From NCBI GenBank assembly GCA_041746575.1, contig JBGTGT010000023.1:1-37563 (forward strand): DNA of 37,563 nt, in the 5' to 3' direction. Shown one piece after another: positions 9,441 through 19,523 of the stretch (position 1 is its first letter; each line of letters opens with the position of its first letter). Under the pieces are notes generated by a model that saw nothing but the letters and a program-made list of their open reading frames with translations, was not told the origin of the DNA and searched no databases. The DNA comes from Microcystaceae cyanobacterium. Lineage in GTDB: Bacteria; Cyanobacteriota; Cyanobacteriia; Cyanobacteriales; Microcystaceae. The position numbers were made by a program, and so were the translations under genes.

Positions 9441-10010
9441 TTAATTCGCTTCATGATCGGGTAAATTCGCCGAGGATTTGAGAATAGTGGGAATCCTCTC
9501 CAAGATTTTAGCTACAATATCTTCGGGGGCATGATGAGGTTTAATACTAATCTGAAGATCTCCTTGTGCATATAAACCCCGTCGTTCATCCATCAAGGCA
9601 TCTAAACGGGCTTCTAAGTCTGTTTCCGTGTCTTGTAATAACGGACGCGTCTGATCTTCTTGTAGCCGTTGACAAAGTAAAGAAATCGGTGAATCCAGCC
9701 AAATAATTAAACCGTGATGAAGATAGCCCCAATTTTCAGATTTTAAAACGGCTCCCCCTCCTGTCGCGATCACACTTTTTTTATAGGCGGATAATTCGGC
9801 TAAAATTTGGCTTTCAACTTCCCGAAAAGCCGCTTCTCCTTCTGTGGCAAATAGGTCACGAATGCTTTTCTGGGTCACCTTAACAATCAAGCCATCAGTA
9901 TCAAAAAAATGATAACCTAAACGCTGTGCCAATAATTGACCCACGGTGGTTTTCCCCGTTCCCATCATACCGATGAGAAACACACTCACGCCTTTTAGCA
10001 AATCATCCAT
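9441..10010 (-). CDS. aroK: Shikimate kinase
   Basis: GMMGTGKT P-loop; DTD, GEAAFREVE, ATGGG and TRPLL motifs. Confidence 0.95.
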   Translation of the reverse strand: MDDLLKGVSVFLIGMMGTGKTTVGQLLAQRLGYHFFDTDGLIVKVTQKSIRDLFATEGEAAFREVESQILAELSAYKKSVIATGGGAVLKSENWGYLHHGLIIWLDSPISLLCQRLQEDQTRPLLQDTETDLEARLDALMDERRGLYAQGDLQISIKPHHAPEDIVAKILERIPTILKSSANLPDHEAN

Positions 10011-10024
10011 AATTCCTGATTAAA

Positions 10025-11074
10025 TTAGCTTCTCCAGCGTAAAACTCTGGGTTCAACGGGATTTTGAAAAGGTCGCTGTTCTTGTTGCGATCGCTGATAT
10101 TCTTGTTTGAGTCGAAAGTACCATTTCGCTTGCGTATCCGCATCATCAATTAACATTAGAGAGGGGTCATAGGCCAATCCCTGCTGTTGTTTAATGACGA
10201 CGTCGCGATCTTGCCCTAAAAAACGCCGAGTTAGCCCACTAATTAGTGGTTTGAACACTCCTAACCAAGGAACTGTCCAATAAATACTTTGGAAGGCGAT
10301 ACACTCATTTTCATCGACGGGGGTAATCGTCGTTAATAAACAAGCACTGTGGCGATCGCCTCGTAAGATTTCCGTCCGAACGGTGGGTAACTGAAAAATA
10401 ATCTCAATCGAAACTTGATCCCCCAATAACTTGTAGGGTTTAGCAGTGGCGGGCATATCATAGGGAACAAGGCGAAAACCGTTTTCTACAGGCTCATATT
10501 GCTTTTCTTTGATGCGGAATTGTCGAGGGCCATTGCGCCACCACCAAGAAGTGTGAACATAGGGGCCATGAGCCGGATCCATTAGTCCGATAACGGCATG
10601 GTCAACGTGACAAGCAAAATGAATGATTTCGGAGACATTCGGTTCCACTTTGCCAAAATCAGGAATCGTCGGGACGGGAGGTAGGGTGAGGGGATCAATC
10701 GCTTTTTTGGTATCGTCGGCGATATAGACCCAAATATTTCCTTGAATTTCTCGACAAGGGTAAGTCGGAATCCGAATGCGAGAGATGTCTAAGGTATCTT
10801 CTGGGGTTAAAGATGGAATATCGCTACATTTCCCCGTATCTGTTTGAAATTTCCATCCGTGATAACAACAGCATACCCCATCCCCTTCAATCCAGCCATG
10901 ACTTAAAGGGATCCCTCTATGGGGACAGATATCCCATAAAGCAAAGACTTCTCCATCTTGTCGTCGCCCGACTAAGACAGGTTCTCCTAATATCTTTTTA
11001 TGAACAATTTGGCCGGATTTTAGCTGTTTTGCTGGAATAGCGACATACCAAAAGTTGCGCAACAGAGTGGTCAT
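10025..11074 (-). CDS. Rieske non-heme iron oxygenase alpha subunit
   Basis: Rieske ligands CPH...CCYH; mononuclear Fe motif DPAHGPYVH. Confidence 0.9.
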   Translation of the reverse strand: MTTLLRNFWYVAIPAKQLKSGQIVHKKILGEPVLVGRRQDGEVFALWDICPHRGIPLSHGWIEGDGVCCCYHGWKFQTDTGKCSDIPSLTPEDTLDISRIRIPTYPCREIQGNIWVYIADDTKKAIDPLTLPPVPTIPDFGKVEPNVSEIIHFACHVDHAVIGLMDPAHGPYVHTSWWWRNGPRQFRIKEKQYEPVENGFRLVPYDMPATAKPYKLLGDQVSIEIIFQLPTVRTEILRGDRHSACLLTTITPVDENECIAFQSIYWTVPWLGVFKPLISGLTRRFLGQDRDVVIKQQQGLAYDPSLMLIDDADTQAKWYFRLKQEYQRSQQEQRPFQNPVEPRVLRWRS

Positions 11075-11237
11075 TGGGAAGGATACCTCCTTTCAACGTC
11101 AGTCACATTAGGATCAAGGACGGGAAGATTGACTTTTGATCCTATCATCTCAGTTCCGTTCTTAGGACAAAATATTGGCCATAATAGAGGGAGAGAGTTT
11201 ACAAAGGAAGTTCTTTATTTATTTTAAGTTTATCGTA

Positions 11238-12584
11238 ATGAGTCAACAAACTGGAATTCAACCTGCTAAAATTTGCCAAGTGATGCCAAATTCTCTAGCA
11301 GAAGAAATGGGTTTTGAAGTTGGGGATGCTCTTCTTTCTATTAATGGAACAAGACCCAGAGATTTAATTGATTATCAATTCCTTTGTGCGGATGAAATAC
11401 TCGAGCTAGAAGTATTGGATGCCCAAGGAAAACAGCACATCTTAGAACTTGAAAAAGACTATGAAACAGATTTAGGATTAGTCTTTGAAGATGCCCTTTT
11501 TGATCGGTTAATTCAATGTAATAATCGTTGTCCTTTTTGCTTTATTGATCAACAACCACCCGGCAAGCGAGAAACCCTTTATTTCAAAGATGATGATTAT
11601 CGTTTGAGCTTTTTATACGGCAGTTATTTGACCTTAACGAATTTACCACCGAAGGAATGGCAACGCATCGAACAAATGCGTCTTTCTCCTCTTTATGTTT
11701 CTGTTCATGCCACAGAACCGGATTTGAGAATTCGCCTTTTAAAAAATCCACGAGCAGGGCAGATTTTAGAACAATTACAATGGTTTCAAGCACGTCGCTT
11801 ACAGATTCATGCGCAAGTAGTGGTTTGCCCCGGTCTCAATGATGGTATTCATTTAGAAAAAACCTTACTGGATTTAGCCCATTTTCATGATGGAGAAATT
11901 CCAACAGTCATTTCGACGGCCATTGTTCCCGTGGGATTAACTCGTTTTCGTCCTGGTGAAGATGAACTGATTCCAGTTAACCCAAAAACGGCTCAAGACG
12001 TTATTCATTTAGTTCAGCACCTACAGCAAAAATTCAAGCAAAAATTTGAGAGTTATTTTGCTTGGTTGGCAGACGAATGGTTTCTAATTGCCGATGAAGA
12101 ATTGCCCCCAGAGTCCCATTATGAAGATTACCCTCAAATTGGCAATGGTGTCGGTTCGATTCAATTATTTATTAAAGAATTTCAAAAAAAAGCTCAAGCC
12201 ATTTTACCCCCTAAAGTAACGCCGCCTCGACAGTTAACGTGGGTAGTCGGTAACGCTGTCGAAAAGGCTTTTCAACCCTTAGTAGAACGATTGAATCAAG
12301 TGGAGAGTTTAACGGTAAATTTAGTTGCTTTAAATAGTAATTATTGGGGGCAGGAAATAACGGTCACGGGCTTGTTAACAGGACAAGACTTAAAAGAAAA
12401 ATTAGTGGGTATTGATCTAGGACAAGGAATTTTGTTACCTTCCTTAATGTTGAAGCATGACGATAACCGTTTTCTAGATGATTTAACGGTAACGGATGTG
12501 GCTGATTTTCTGAATATCCCAATTTATCCTGTGGCGACGCCGGAAGAACTCTTTAATGCTTGTACTAAAAGCGATTTTTTTTAG
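11238..12584 (+). CDS. TIGR03279 family radical SAM protein (PDZ + DUF512)
   Basis: N-terminal PDZ-like segment, CNNRCPFC (CxxxCxxC), KDDDYRLSFLYGSYLTLTN. ATG 11238 is preferred over TTG 11175. Confidence 0.9.
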   Translation: MSQQTGIQPAKICQVMPNSLAEEMGFEVGDALLSINGTRPRDLIDYQFLCADEILELEVLDAQGKQHILELEKDYETDLGLVFEDALFDRLIQCNNRCPFCFIDQQPPGKRETLYFKDDDYRLSFLYGSYLTLTNLPPKEWQRIEQMRLSPLYVSVHATEPDLRIRLLKNPRAGQILEQLQWFQARRLQIHAQVVVCPGLNDGIHLEKTLLDLAHFHDGEIPTVISTAIVPVGLTRFRPGEDELIPVNPKTAQDVIHLVQHLQQKFKQKFESYFAWLADEWFLIADEELPPESHYEDYPQIGNGVGSIQLFIKEFQKKAQAILPPKVTPPRQLTWVVGNAVEKAFQPLVERLNQVESLTVNLVALNSNYWGQEITVTGLLTGQDLKEKLVGIDLGQGILLPSLMLKHDDNRFLDDLTVTDVADFLNIPIYPVATPEELFNACTKSDFF

Positions 12585-12721
12585 AATGACATAAAACCTC
12601 AAAATGAATTTACTTAAGGCGCATTTAAACGATCTATTGTTAAGCTAATTAAATTAGCGTCAATCCGTCCCTTGTGTCTTGTCCCCTCGTTTTTATCAGT
12701 TATTTTAAAGCGTGACAGCTT

Positions 12722-13648
12722 ATGTTAGTTATAACAGGTTATTACGAAATATTGGATCTATTTCAGGAGATTGATTCTTGTGACAATCTTTTGTCAATTT
12801 TAGATCCTGAAACGCCTCCTCTTAAGTCTCAAGTGGGTCAATTTGTTGAGCATTTTCGCGAGTTATATTTTCATGATATTAGTAAACCCGAACAAGGGCT
12901 AATTTTACCGAATCGTTATCATATTGACCAAATTATTCAGTGGGCAAAAACATGTTCTAGTCATAATGGAATGATTGTCAGTGGAGCAGGAATGGGTAGA
13001 AGTCCGGCGGCCGCTTTAATTTCTTTATGCGAATGGGGATATCCGGTCGACAAAGCAGTGAAAACTCTACGGGACTTAAAACCCTTAGCTTGTCCCAATT
13101 GTTTTATGCTTAAATTGTACGGTAATTCTGATTTAGAAAGCGCAGTAATTCAAGCGGGTTTTTATGATGAAGATTTCCTGTTTGAGCATCATCCGCTCTA
13201 TATTTTTCTCAACTTAGACAATGTTTTGATCCGGCAAACATCGGAGAAGTTAGCCCTTTCCCACGATGAGCTTTTTCAAGTCATTACCGAAAGTCTAGAC
13301 CTATTGGAAGACGCGTTAAGATTTTATCATAATTATCGAATCGTCGTTGTTTCTCAATGGTTAAAAAATTTGCCTTTAGAAAAAATTTGCTCTTATTTTT
13401 CTTATAATGTTGTTGAAAATATTGTAGATATTCTCTCTGAAGCTAATCTGAATCTATTTAATTCTACGTCTCAAAATATCCAACAATATATTGAAGACAA
13501 TCAACTTCATCAAGGCTGTTGGGTAATCATAGATGATATCTCAAAAGATTATCCACCTGATACATCCGTAATTCGGACAGAATCCGATATTGGTTTTGAC
13601 CGTCAGGCGGCTGAATTGTTGGTAAATTATTTAGAAATAGTGAGCTAA
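12722..13648 (+). CDS. Fusion of PTP-like (COG5350-type) and HAD (Swiss-Army-Knife-type) domains, both nucleophiles substituted
   Basis: N-half: LLSILDP, FHDI, P-loop SGAGMGRS (Sx5R), PLACPN. C-half: IFLNLDNVL, IVVVSQW, WVIIDD, and GF near the C-terminus. Confidence 0.7.
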   Translation: MLVITGYYEILDLFQEIDSCDNLLSILDPETPPLKSQVGQFVEHFRELYFHDISKPEQGLILPNRYHIDQIIQWAKTCSSHNGMIVSGAGMGRSPAAALISLCEWGYPVDKAVKTLRDLKPLACPNCFMLKLYGNSDLESAVIQAGFYDEDFLFEHHPLYIFLNLDNVLIRQTSEKLALSHDELFQVITESLDLLEDALRFYHNYRIVVVSQWLKNLPLEKICSYFSYNVVENIVDILSEANLNLFNSTSQNIQQYIEDNQLHQGCWVIIDDISKDYPPDTSVIRTESDIGFDRQAAELLVNYLEIVS

Positions 13649-13669
13649 AAGCTGACTTTAATTTAAGAG

Positions 13670-16219
13670 TTAAACTCGATTTCTTAAAAACTCAGTCGCT
13701 TCTTTTACGTTTAAAGGGTGACTTACCCAATATCCTTGAATTTCTTGACATTGAAGAGTTTTTAATAGGTTTACTTGTTGTTCGGTTTCAACCCCTTCAG
13801 CAATTACCCGTTGATTAAAACCACGGCCAAGGGTCATTATAGAGGAAATAATTGCCGTTTCTTGAGGCGTTCCCCGTAACTGTTGAATAAGGCGTTGATC
13901 TAATTTAATGGTGTGAAAATCAAACCGTTGTAGATACCCGATGGATGAATATCCTGTTCCAAAATCATCTAGAGCAAGATGCACCCCTAATTGCTGTAAA
14001 TTTTGAAATAGTTTAGGCACCAAATGAATCTGTTTACGAAGGGTGTTTTCGGTAATTTCTATCTCTAACCATTGGGGATCTAATCCCGTATTATTAAGTG
14101 TATGAGCAATAAGTTCAATCAGTTTTGCTTGTTTAAATTCTCGCTCCGATAAATTAACCCCTATCGAAATCGAGGGAATACCGTCTTTTTGCCAACTTAG
14201 GTTTTGCTTACAGGCTGTTTTAAGAATCCATTGACAGAGCGGAATCATTACATCTGTTTTTTGAGCAAGAGGGATAAATTTTTCGGGTAAAATGATACCC
14301 AGTTCAGGATGTTCCCATCGTAAAAGAGCTTCAATGCCGCTAATTTTTCCCGTTGATAGATTGAGTTGGGGTTGATAATAAAGGGCAAATTGACGTTTTT
14401 CAAGGGCTTGATGAATTAAGTTTTCTAAGTTAAGCAATACTAGGGCTTCTTTGGATAAGTTAGGGGTATAGAGTTGATAGTGATTACGTCCTTCAACTTT
14501 TGTTTGATGCAAGGCCGTATCTGCATTTTTGAGCAAGGTTTCCTTGTTGACGCCATCTTGCGGATAAATGGCAATACCGACACTTACTCTTAAGTTAATC
14601 CGATGGTTATCAATATTAAAGGGTTGCTGAAGGGCGGCAAAAATTCGTTGAGAAAGTTGAATGGGTTCTTCAAGATTTTTGATTTGAGGTAGCAATAGGG
14701 TATATTCATCGCTCCCCCATCGTGCCACAATTTGACCTGCGCCAACGCAGTTATCCATGCGTTTACCCAATTCTTGCAAAAGGCGATCGCCCACTGGGTG
14801 ACCTAAGGTATTATTAATATGCGCAAAGGAATCAATATCTAAAAACAAAACAGCGAGTAAATGTTCGTGTTTTTCGGCGTGTTCAATCGCTTTATCCAAT
14901 TGCTGTTCAAAAAAGAGACGATTCGGAAGAGCGGTTAAACTATCATGTAGGGATTGATATCTCAGTTGTTCTTCGGTTTTTTTCAATTCACCAATATCGC
15001 GAATCGACCAACATAGTACTTCTTTTTCTTGATAGAGAGTGCGGCTAACTTGCGCCACTGCACTGACAAAAGAACCGTCCTTACAGCGATGAAACAATTC
15101 CTCAATGGTAAAAGGCTGATTGGGATGAATTTGCGCTAATTCTTCATTTAAGATATCTCTATCTAAGGCAATAATTTGGTATAAATTAAGTTCAAGAATT
15201 TCTGCTAGATCATAACCGAGTAACTGACAATACGCGGTATTAGCTTCAAGAATTTCCTTGCTTTGATTGTCAATCACGGCAAATCCTTCAGAAGAAGCTT
15301 TAGCTAAAAGTTGATAGCGTTCTTTATTGACGGCTAATTGCTGTTCTAGTTTTTTGGATTTGCTAATATCAGAAATATAGCTACGAATCAGTTTATTATC
15401 ATTTAAATAATAGATATGTTGCTCAAAAAATTCATTTTCAATTTGAATTTCTCTAACATAAGAGGTTCTTTCTTGATATTGAAAGTCTCGATTAATCCCT
15501 TGTAAAATAGGATGCTCTTTATTGAGTTGCGAGAATTTAATGTTGGCGGCAGGGTTGATATAAGCTAGATTTCCTTGCTCATCAACTTCAATGATGGGAT
15601 GGGGACTACATTCAGCTAAAGACGATAAGTGTGCCAATGCCGCTTCATTATGCTTTTCTACCGCTTTATCAAAAACAAAAGCCGTTTTAGGAGTCACTTC
15701 ATCTTCTTCACTTCCTGCGTCTAACAGTTCGCGGGTATAAGTTTGCTTTTCAGAAGACAGCGGAAGGGGTTTGCCACTTGATAAGATGGCCTCTCGAGCT
15801 AATTTTACTTCATCAGAAGGCTCAAACAATGTGCCTTCATTATCACCTGTTGTTAATCGTTCAATCTCTGAATCATTGGCAATAATATGATATCTTGCCT
15901 GAGATTTAGTGCCGAATCGAATGAAATCCCCATGTTTTAATTCATGAGATAAGCAATAGTTATCATTAATTAAAATGCCATTCGTACTTCTTTTTCCCTG
16001 TAAATTGCCATCAATAATTCGATAGGTATGGTGATTATTTTGATAGTCGGTCACTCGCAATAGGGTAGCGTGGTGACGAGACACTTGGCGATCATAAAGT
16101 AAAATTGAACTGTTGGGATCACGACCAATGTTATAAGTATTATCTACTAAAGGAACAATGCGTCGTGATTTTTGATCTTCGATGACCAGGAGATGACGAA
16201 CTTCCTGTGGACTGCTCAT
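13670..16219 (-). CDS. FHA-PAS-PAS-GGDEF-EAL c-di-GMP signalling protein
   Basis: FHA (IGRDP, SRHHA, STNG); PAS-like regions; HDSLTALPNR; degenerate active site WGSDEY; intact EAL, EITE, DDFGTGYSS and AEGVE. Confidence 0.92.
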   Translation of the reverse strand: MSSPQEVRHLLVIEDQKSRRIVPLVDNTYNIGRDPNSSILLYDRQVSRHHATLLRVTDYQNNHHTYRIIDGNLQGKRSTNGILINDNYCLSHELKHGDFIRFGTKSQARYHIIANDSEIERLTTGDNEGTLFEPSDEVKLAREAILSSGKPLPLSSEKQTYTRELLDAGSEEDEVTPKTAFVFDKAVEKHNEAALAHLSSLAECSPHPIIEVDEQGNLAYINPAANIKFSQLNKEHPILQGINRDFQYQERTSYVREIQIENEFFEQHIYYLNDNKLIRSYISDISKSKKLEQQLAVNKERYQLLAKASSEGFAVIDNQSKEILEANTAYCQLLGYDLAEILELNLYQIIALDRDILNEELAQIHPNQPFTIEELFHRCKDGSFVSAVAQVSRTLYQEKEVLCWSIRDIGELKKTEEQLRYQSLHDSLTALPNRLFFEQQLDKAIEHAEKHEHLLAVLFLDIDSFAHINNTLGHPVGDRLLQELGKRMDNCVGAGQIVARWGSDEYTLLLPQIKNLEEPIQLSQRIFAALQQPFNIDNHRINLRVSVGIAIYPQDGVNKETLLKNADTALHQTKVEGRNHYQLYTPNLSKEALVLLNLENLIHQALEKRQFALYYQPQLNLSTGKISGIEALLRWEHPELGIILPEKFIPLAQKTDVMIPLCQWILKTACKQNLSWQKDGIPSISIGVNLSEREFKQAKLIELIAHTLNNTGLDPQWLEIEITENTLRKQIHLVPKLFQNLQQLGVHLALDDFGTGYSSIGYLQRFDFHTIKLDQRLIQQLRGTPQETAIISSIMTLGRGFNQRVIAEGVETEQQVNLLKTLQCQEIQGYWVSHPLNVKEATEFLRNRV

Positions 16220-16552
16220 TTGAGATAACGAAGAGAAAGGGCTACAGTAATAGAATTCCCCAAAACGTTCTTTAAATAACGGCGGTGACGCTCTAAAATT
16301 TAATAGTTGTTTTTGGGAGACTTCTTAAGAAAAGGATCAACGAAATAAGCGCAGTTCAAAAAGAAATAAAGATTTGCTTAGACTTTCCCTGCCTTTTATT
16401 TTCCACAACGGGTCTGAAACTGAGTATCGTCTAGAAAATCGGCGTTAGCATGGAAGATAAAGCCAACCTACTCGATGAACTCCCTTCTTAGTCTAACAAA
16501 AAGGGCTGCAAAGAAGTGATGATTTTGTTTCATAATTCAAGGTGAAGCATTC

Positions 16553-17320
16553 ATGAACTCAAAAATAGACATTTTGGAAAAATTAATTGGAATTACTCAG
16601 TTGTTAGAAAAACCGATTAAATTAGCGATTCAGTTGCAAAAAGTCGCTTTTTTGGTGGCTAAGGCTTTCAATGTCAAGCGATGCGCCATTTTACTTTCTC
16701 TCGATTCTGACGGTTTTTTGCAAGATACTCTCTTGTCGCCGACCTTTACCTATTATGGGAATTTACCTAAGATTGAGGATGATCCGCAAGTTGATCTCGA
16801 TACGGCTCTAGCAGAATTCGTCACCACCCATTATTACGGAATACTCATTGAAAATGTTCACCAATCTTCCTTTGTCGCCAAAGTTGGTCATTTATCGGAA
16901 GGTGATTACAGCTTAATGTCGGTTCCTATTCGGGTGGATTCTCAAGTGATTGGGGTAATTAATGTGGGGTTTCCCTTAGACAAACAAGAGTTAAACGCAG
17001 AAGATTTGAGTATTTTAACAATTTATGCCACCTATCTCGGTCAATCCTTGAAAAACAATCAATTAGAAAGCATCGTTCGCTCTAAATTTGTAGAGTTGGC
17101 TGTCAGTCGGGAATTAGAAGAACAAGGAATTCAAGGCTATATCGCTATTCAACCGAATCCTGCTAAATTAGCGAAAATTGTCGCTAAATCTTTCTTTAAG
17201 GAATTAACTCAGTCGGGATTCAGTGCAAATGATATTATTAATATTGCGACAGAAGTTTTAAGTCTCCTCAATAACAGTATTGAGAAACATCGACAACGAT
17301 TAGCAAGGGATGATCATTAA
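16553..17320 (+). CDS. GAF domain-containing protein with short helical C-terminal domain
   Basis: GAF motifs SLMSVPIRVDSQVIGVINV and LNAEDLSILTIYA. C-terminal LAKIVAKSFFKELTQSGFSANDII; no catalytic output domain recognised. Confidence 0.8.
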   Translation: MNSKIDILEKLIGITQLLEKPIKLAIQLQKVAFLVAKAFNVKRCAILLSLDSDGFLQDTLLSPTFTYYGNLPKIEDDPQVDLDTALAEFVTTHYYGILIENVHQSSFVAKVGHLSEGDYSLMSVPIRVDSQVIGVINVGFPLDKQELNAEDLSILTIYATYLGQSLKNNQLESIVRSKFVELAVSRELEEQGIQGYIAIQPNPAKLAKIVAKSFFKELTQSGFSANDIINIATEVLSLLNNSIEKHRQRLARDDH

Positions 17321-17422
17321 AAAAGAGTTAGGAAGCTAAGAAAGACGTACAGCAATTTAAAACCTTAAAACCGACTCAATTTTAGAAAAACTTTGCATTC
17401 TTTCTTAAGACCCGTTCAGGGA

Positions 17423-17929
17423 TCAACTTTGCCAAAATTGTTTGAATTTATGCCAAAATGTAGTGATAGATTGTTTCACTTCTTTCTTTACGAGCCAACC
17501 TTCAAAGGCGTCTTCGTAAGCTTTTCCCTGCTTTTGAAAGGTTTGCCAGACATCGAGTGAAATAGCCATTCCCCACAATAGAAAAATGTAAAGTGACCAA
17601 GATAATCCGCCGCCCATTAAGTTTAAAGGAATCAAGAAACCATTGACAATACCAAAGCGAACCAGTTTGTGTTTAAGGGTAGCTTGACGGTAAAGGTCGA
17701 ATTCCTGACGACTTTTGATCATTTGGCGTTGTTTGAGCCAATCAATTTCAGCTAATTGCAAGGTTTTGTCATCAATATCCAATTCTTGGGCAATTTCTCG
17801 CAGTTGCTCGTGAGAAAAGTCATCTTGCTCTGTTTTGCGAGCGATCGCTAATTGCAAAATCTGTTGCACGTCCTCTTGACGGTAAAGGGGGGAAGGGGAA
17901 GACTTAGGATTAGGATCTAACATGGTCAT
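17423..17929 (-). CDS. 2TM domain-containing protein
   Basis: YRQEDVQQILQLAIAR, QLREIAQELDI, then two TM helices ending W...LLWG. Confidence 0.85.
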   Translation of the reverse strand: MTMLDPNPKSSPSPLYRQEDVQQILQLAIARKTEQDDFSHEQLREIAQELDIDDKTLQLAEIDWLKQRQMIKSRQEFDLYRQATLKHKLVRFGIVNGFLIPLNLMGGGLSWSLYIFLLWGMAISLDVWQTFQKQGKAYEDAFEGWLVKKEVKQSITTFWHKFKQFWQS

Positions 17930-18264
17930 GGGTTACCCACACAGTTGATGATTAAACTCAAATAAAAGCAAAAGTCATCCTAAAAGCCAGACAATGCTAT
18001 ACTTTCTCTTGATTTCAGTTTAAGCTAACTATTATTTAAAAAGATGATCTGCTTTTATGCTTTTTAGCACTTTCTATTTTAGCAAACCGAATTCGCTGAC
18101 CGATATTGGCAAAAACCGTACACCTCGTTGAAAATATGTTGGGTTTGAAGTAATCAATAAAAATTAGATTAAAAATCTCTCAAATTTAGGGAGAAAAACC
18201 TTAAATGGGGCAATTAAAGTCGGATTGAGTCTCAGAAATCGCAATTTAAACATGACGATCAATT

Positions 18265-19509
18265 ATGGCAATCGATATTTTAATCCTTTCTAATGGGCCG
18301 GGCGAAATCATGACGTGGGTGCGGCCAGTAGTAGGAGCATTACGGCAAAATTTAGGGCAGAATAACGAAAATATCAGGATATCAGTCATATTATCTCCCT
18401 GTCCCAATGCAACAGCAAAAGAAGCCGAGATTGTGCGTCATTATCCGGAAGTAGATCGTGTCCAAAGTAGTGAGCACTTTTTTTCAACGCTTTTATGGGG
18501 AAAAACGGCAGAAAATTGGGATTGGAAGCAAAAAGGAGTCGTTATTTTCCTCGGAGGCGATCAAGCGTTTGCGCTAATTATCGGCAAGCGACTGGGGTAC
18601 AAAATCGTCATTTATGCGGAATGGGAGGCGCGCTGGTATCGTTGGGTTGATTGCTTTGCTGTCAGAAATGAGGCAGTTAGAGCGAAAGTTCCAAGGCGTT
18701 ATCAAGATAAATGTCAAGTAATCGGAGATTTAATGGTAGATATACCCGATTTATCCCTAGATTACACGCCAAAAACATCTATTATTGGCTTGATGCCCGG
18801 CTCAAAACCGGGAAAATTGATGCAAGGGATTCCTTTGTGTGTTACTACGGCGCAACACCTAGCCAACCAATATCCCCATCTTCAATTTATTTTACCCCTT
18901 GCCCCAACGTTAACCCCAGAAAAACTAGCCGTTTATGGTGATCCAGAAAAAAATTCAATTATTGAGGAAGTAAGGGGAGTAAGTTGTCGATTAGTTCAAG
19001 AAGAAGGTCAATTTTATCTTAAGACTGAGCAAGGATTAAAAATTAACCTCATCACGGATTATCCGGCTTATCAAGCTCTTTCTCAATGTTCCCTTGTAAT
19101 TACTACCGTTGGGGCAAATACGGCAGAATTAGGCACCTTAGCGATTCCAATGGTCATTTTGCTACCGACACAACAACTAGACGCCATGAAAAGCTGGGAT
19201 GGCATGGTTGGCATCGTTTCCCGTTTGCCCTTTGTCGGCTCACTCGTCGCTAAAATCGTGAATATGATGGTAATTAAGCAAGGAAAATTATTCGCTTGGC
19301 CGAATATTTGGGCAAAAGAAGAGATTGTTCCCGAATTAGTTGGAGAGATCTATCCGGAAGAGGTTGCACAGCGTATTTCCGACTATTTGAATCATCCTGA
19401 GTCCTTAAAAACGATGAGCGATCGCTTAAAAACGTTACGAGGAGAAAAAGGGGCAGCCTCCCGTCTAGTCGCTATTACTGCAGAGGAATTAAAAAAAGGA
19501 ATAATCTAA
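18265..19509 (+). CDS. Lipid-A-disaccharide synthase-like (LpxB-related) GT-B protein
   Basis: DILILSNGPGE, GLMPGSK, TTVGANTAEL and FAWPNIWAKEEIVPEL motifs. Confidence 0.8.
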   Translation: MAIDILILSNGPGEIMTWVRPVVGALRQNLGQNNENIRISVILSPCPNATAKEAEIVRHYPEVDRVQSSEHFFSTLLWGKTAENWDWKQKGVVIFLGGDQAFALIIGKRLGYKIVIYAEWEARWYRWVDCFAVRNEAVRAKVPRRYQDKCQVIGDLMVDIPDLSLDYTPKTSIIGLMPGSKPGKLMQGIPLCVTTAQHLANQYPHLQFILPLAPTLTPEKLAVYGDPEKNSIIEEVRGVSCRLVQEEGQFYLKTEQGLKINLITDYPAYQALSQCSLVITTVGANTAELGTLAIPMVILLPTQQLDAMKSWDGMVGIVSRLPFVGSLVAKIVNMMVIKQGKLFAWPNIWAKEEIVPELVGEIYPEEVAQRISDYLNHPESLKTMSDRLKTLRGEKGAASRLVAITAEELKKGII

Positions 19510-19523
19510 CTCAGTAGTTGTTT

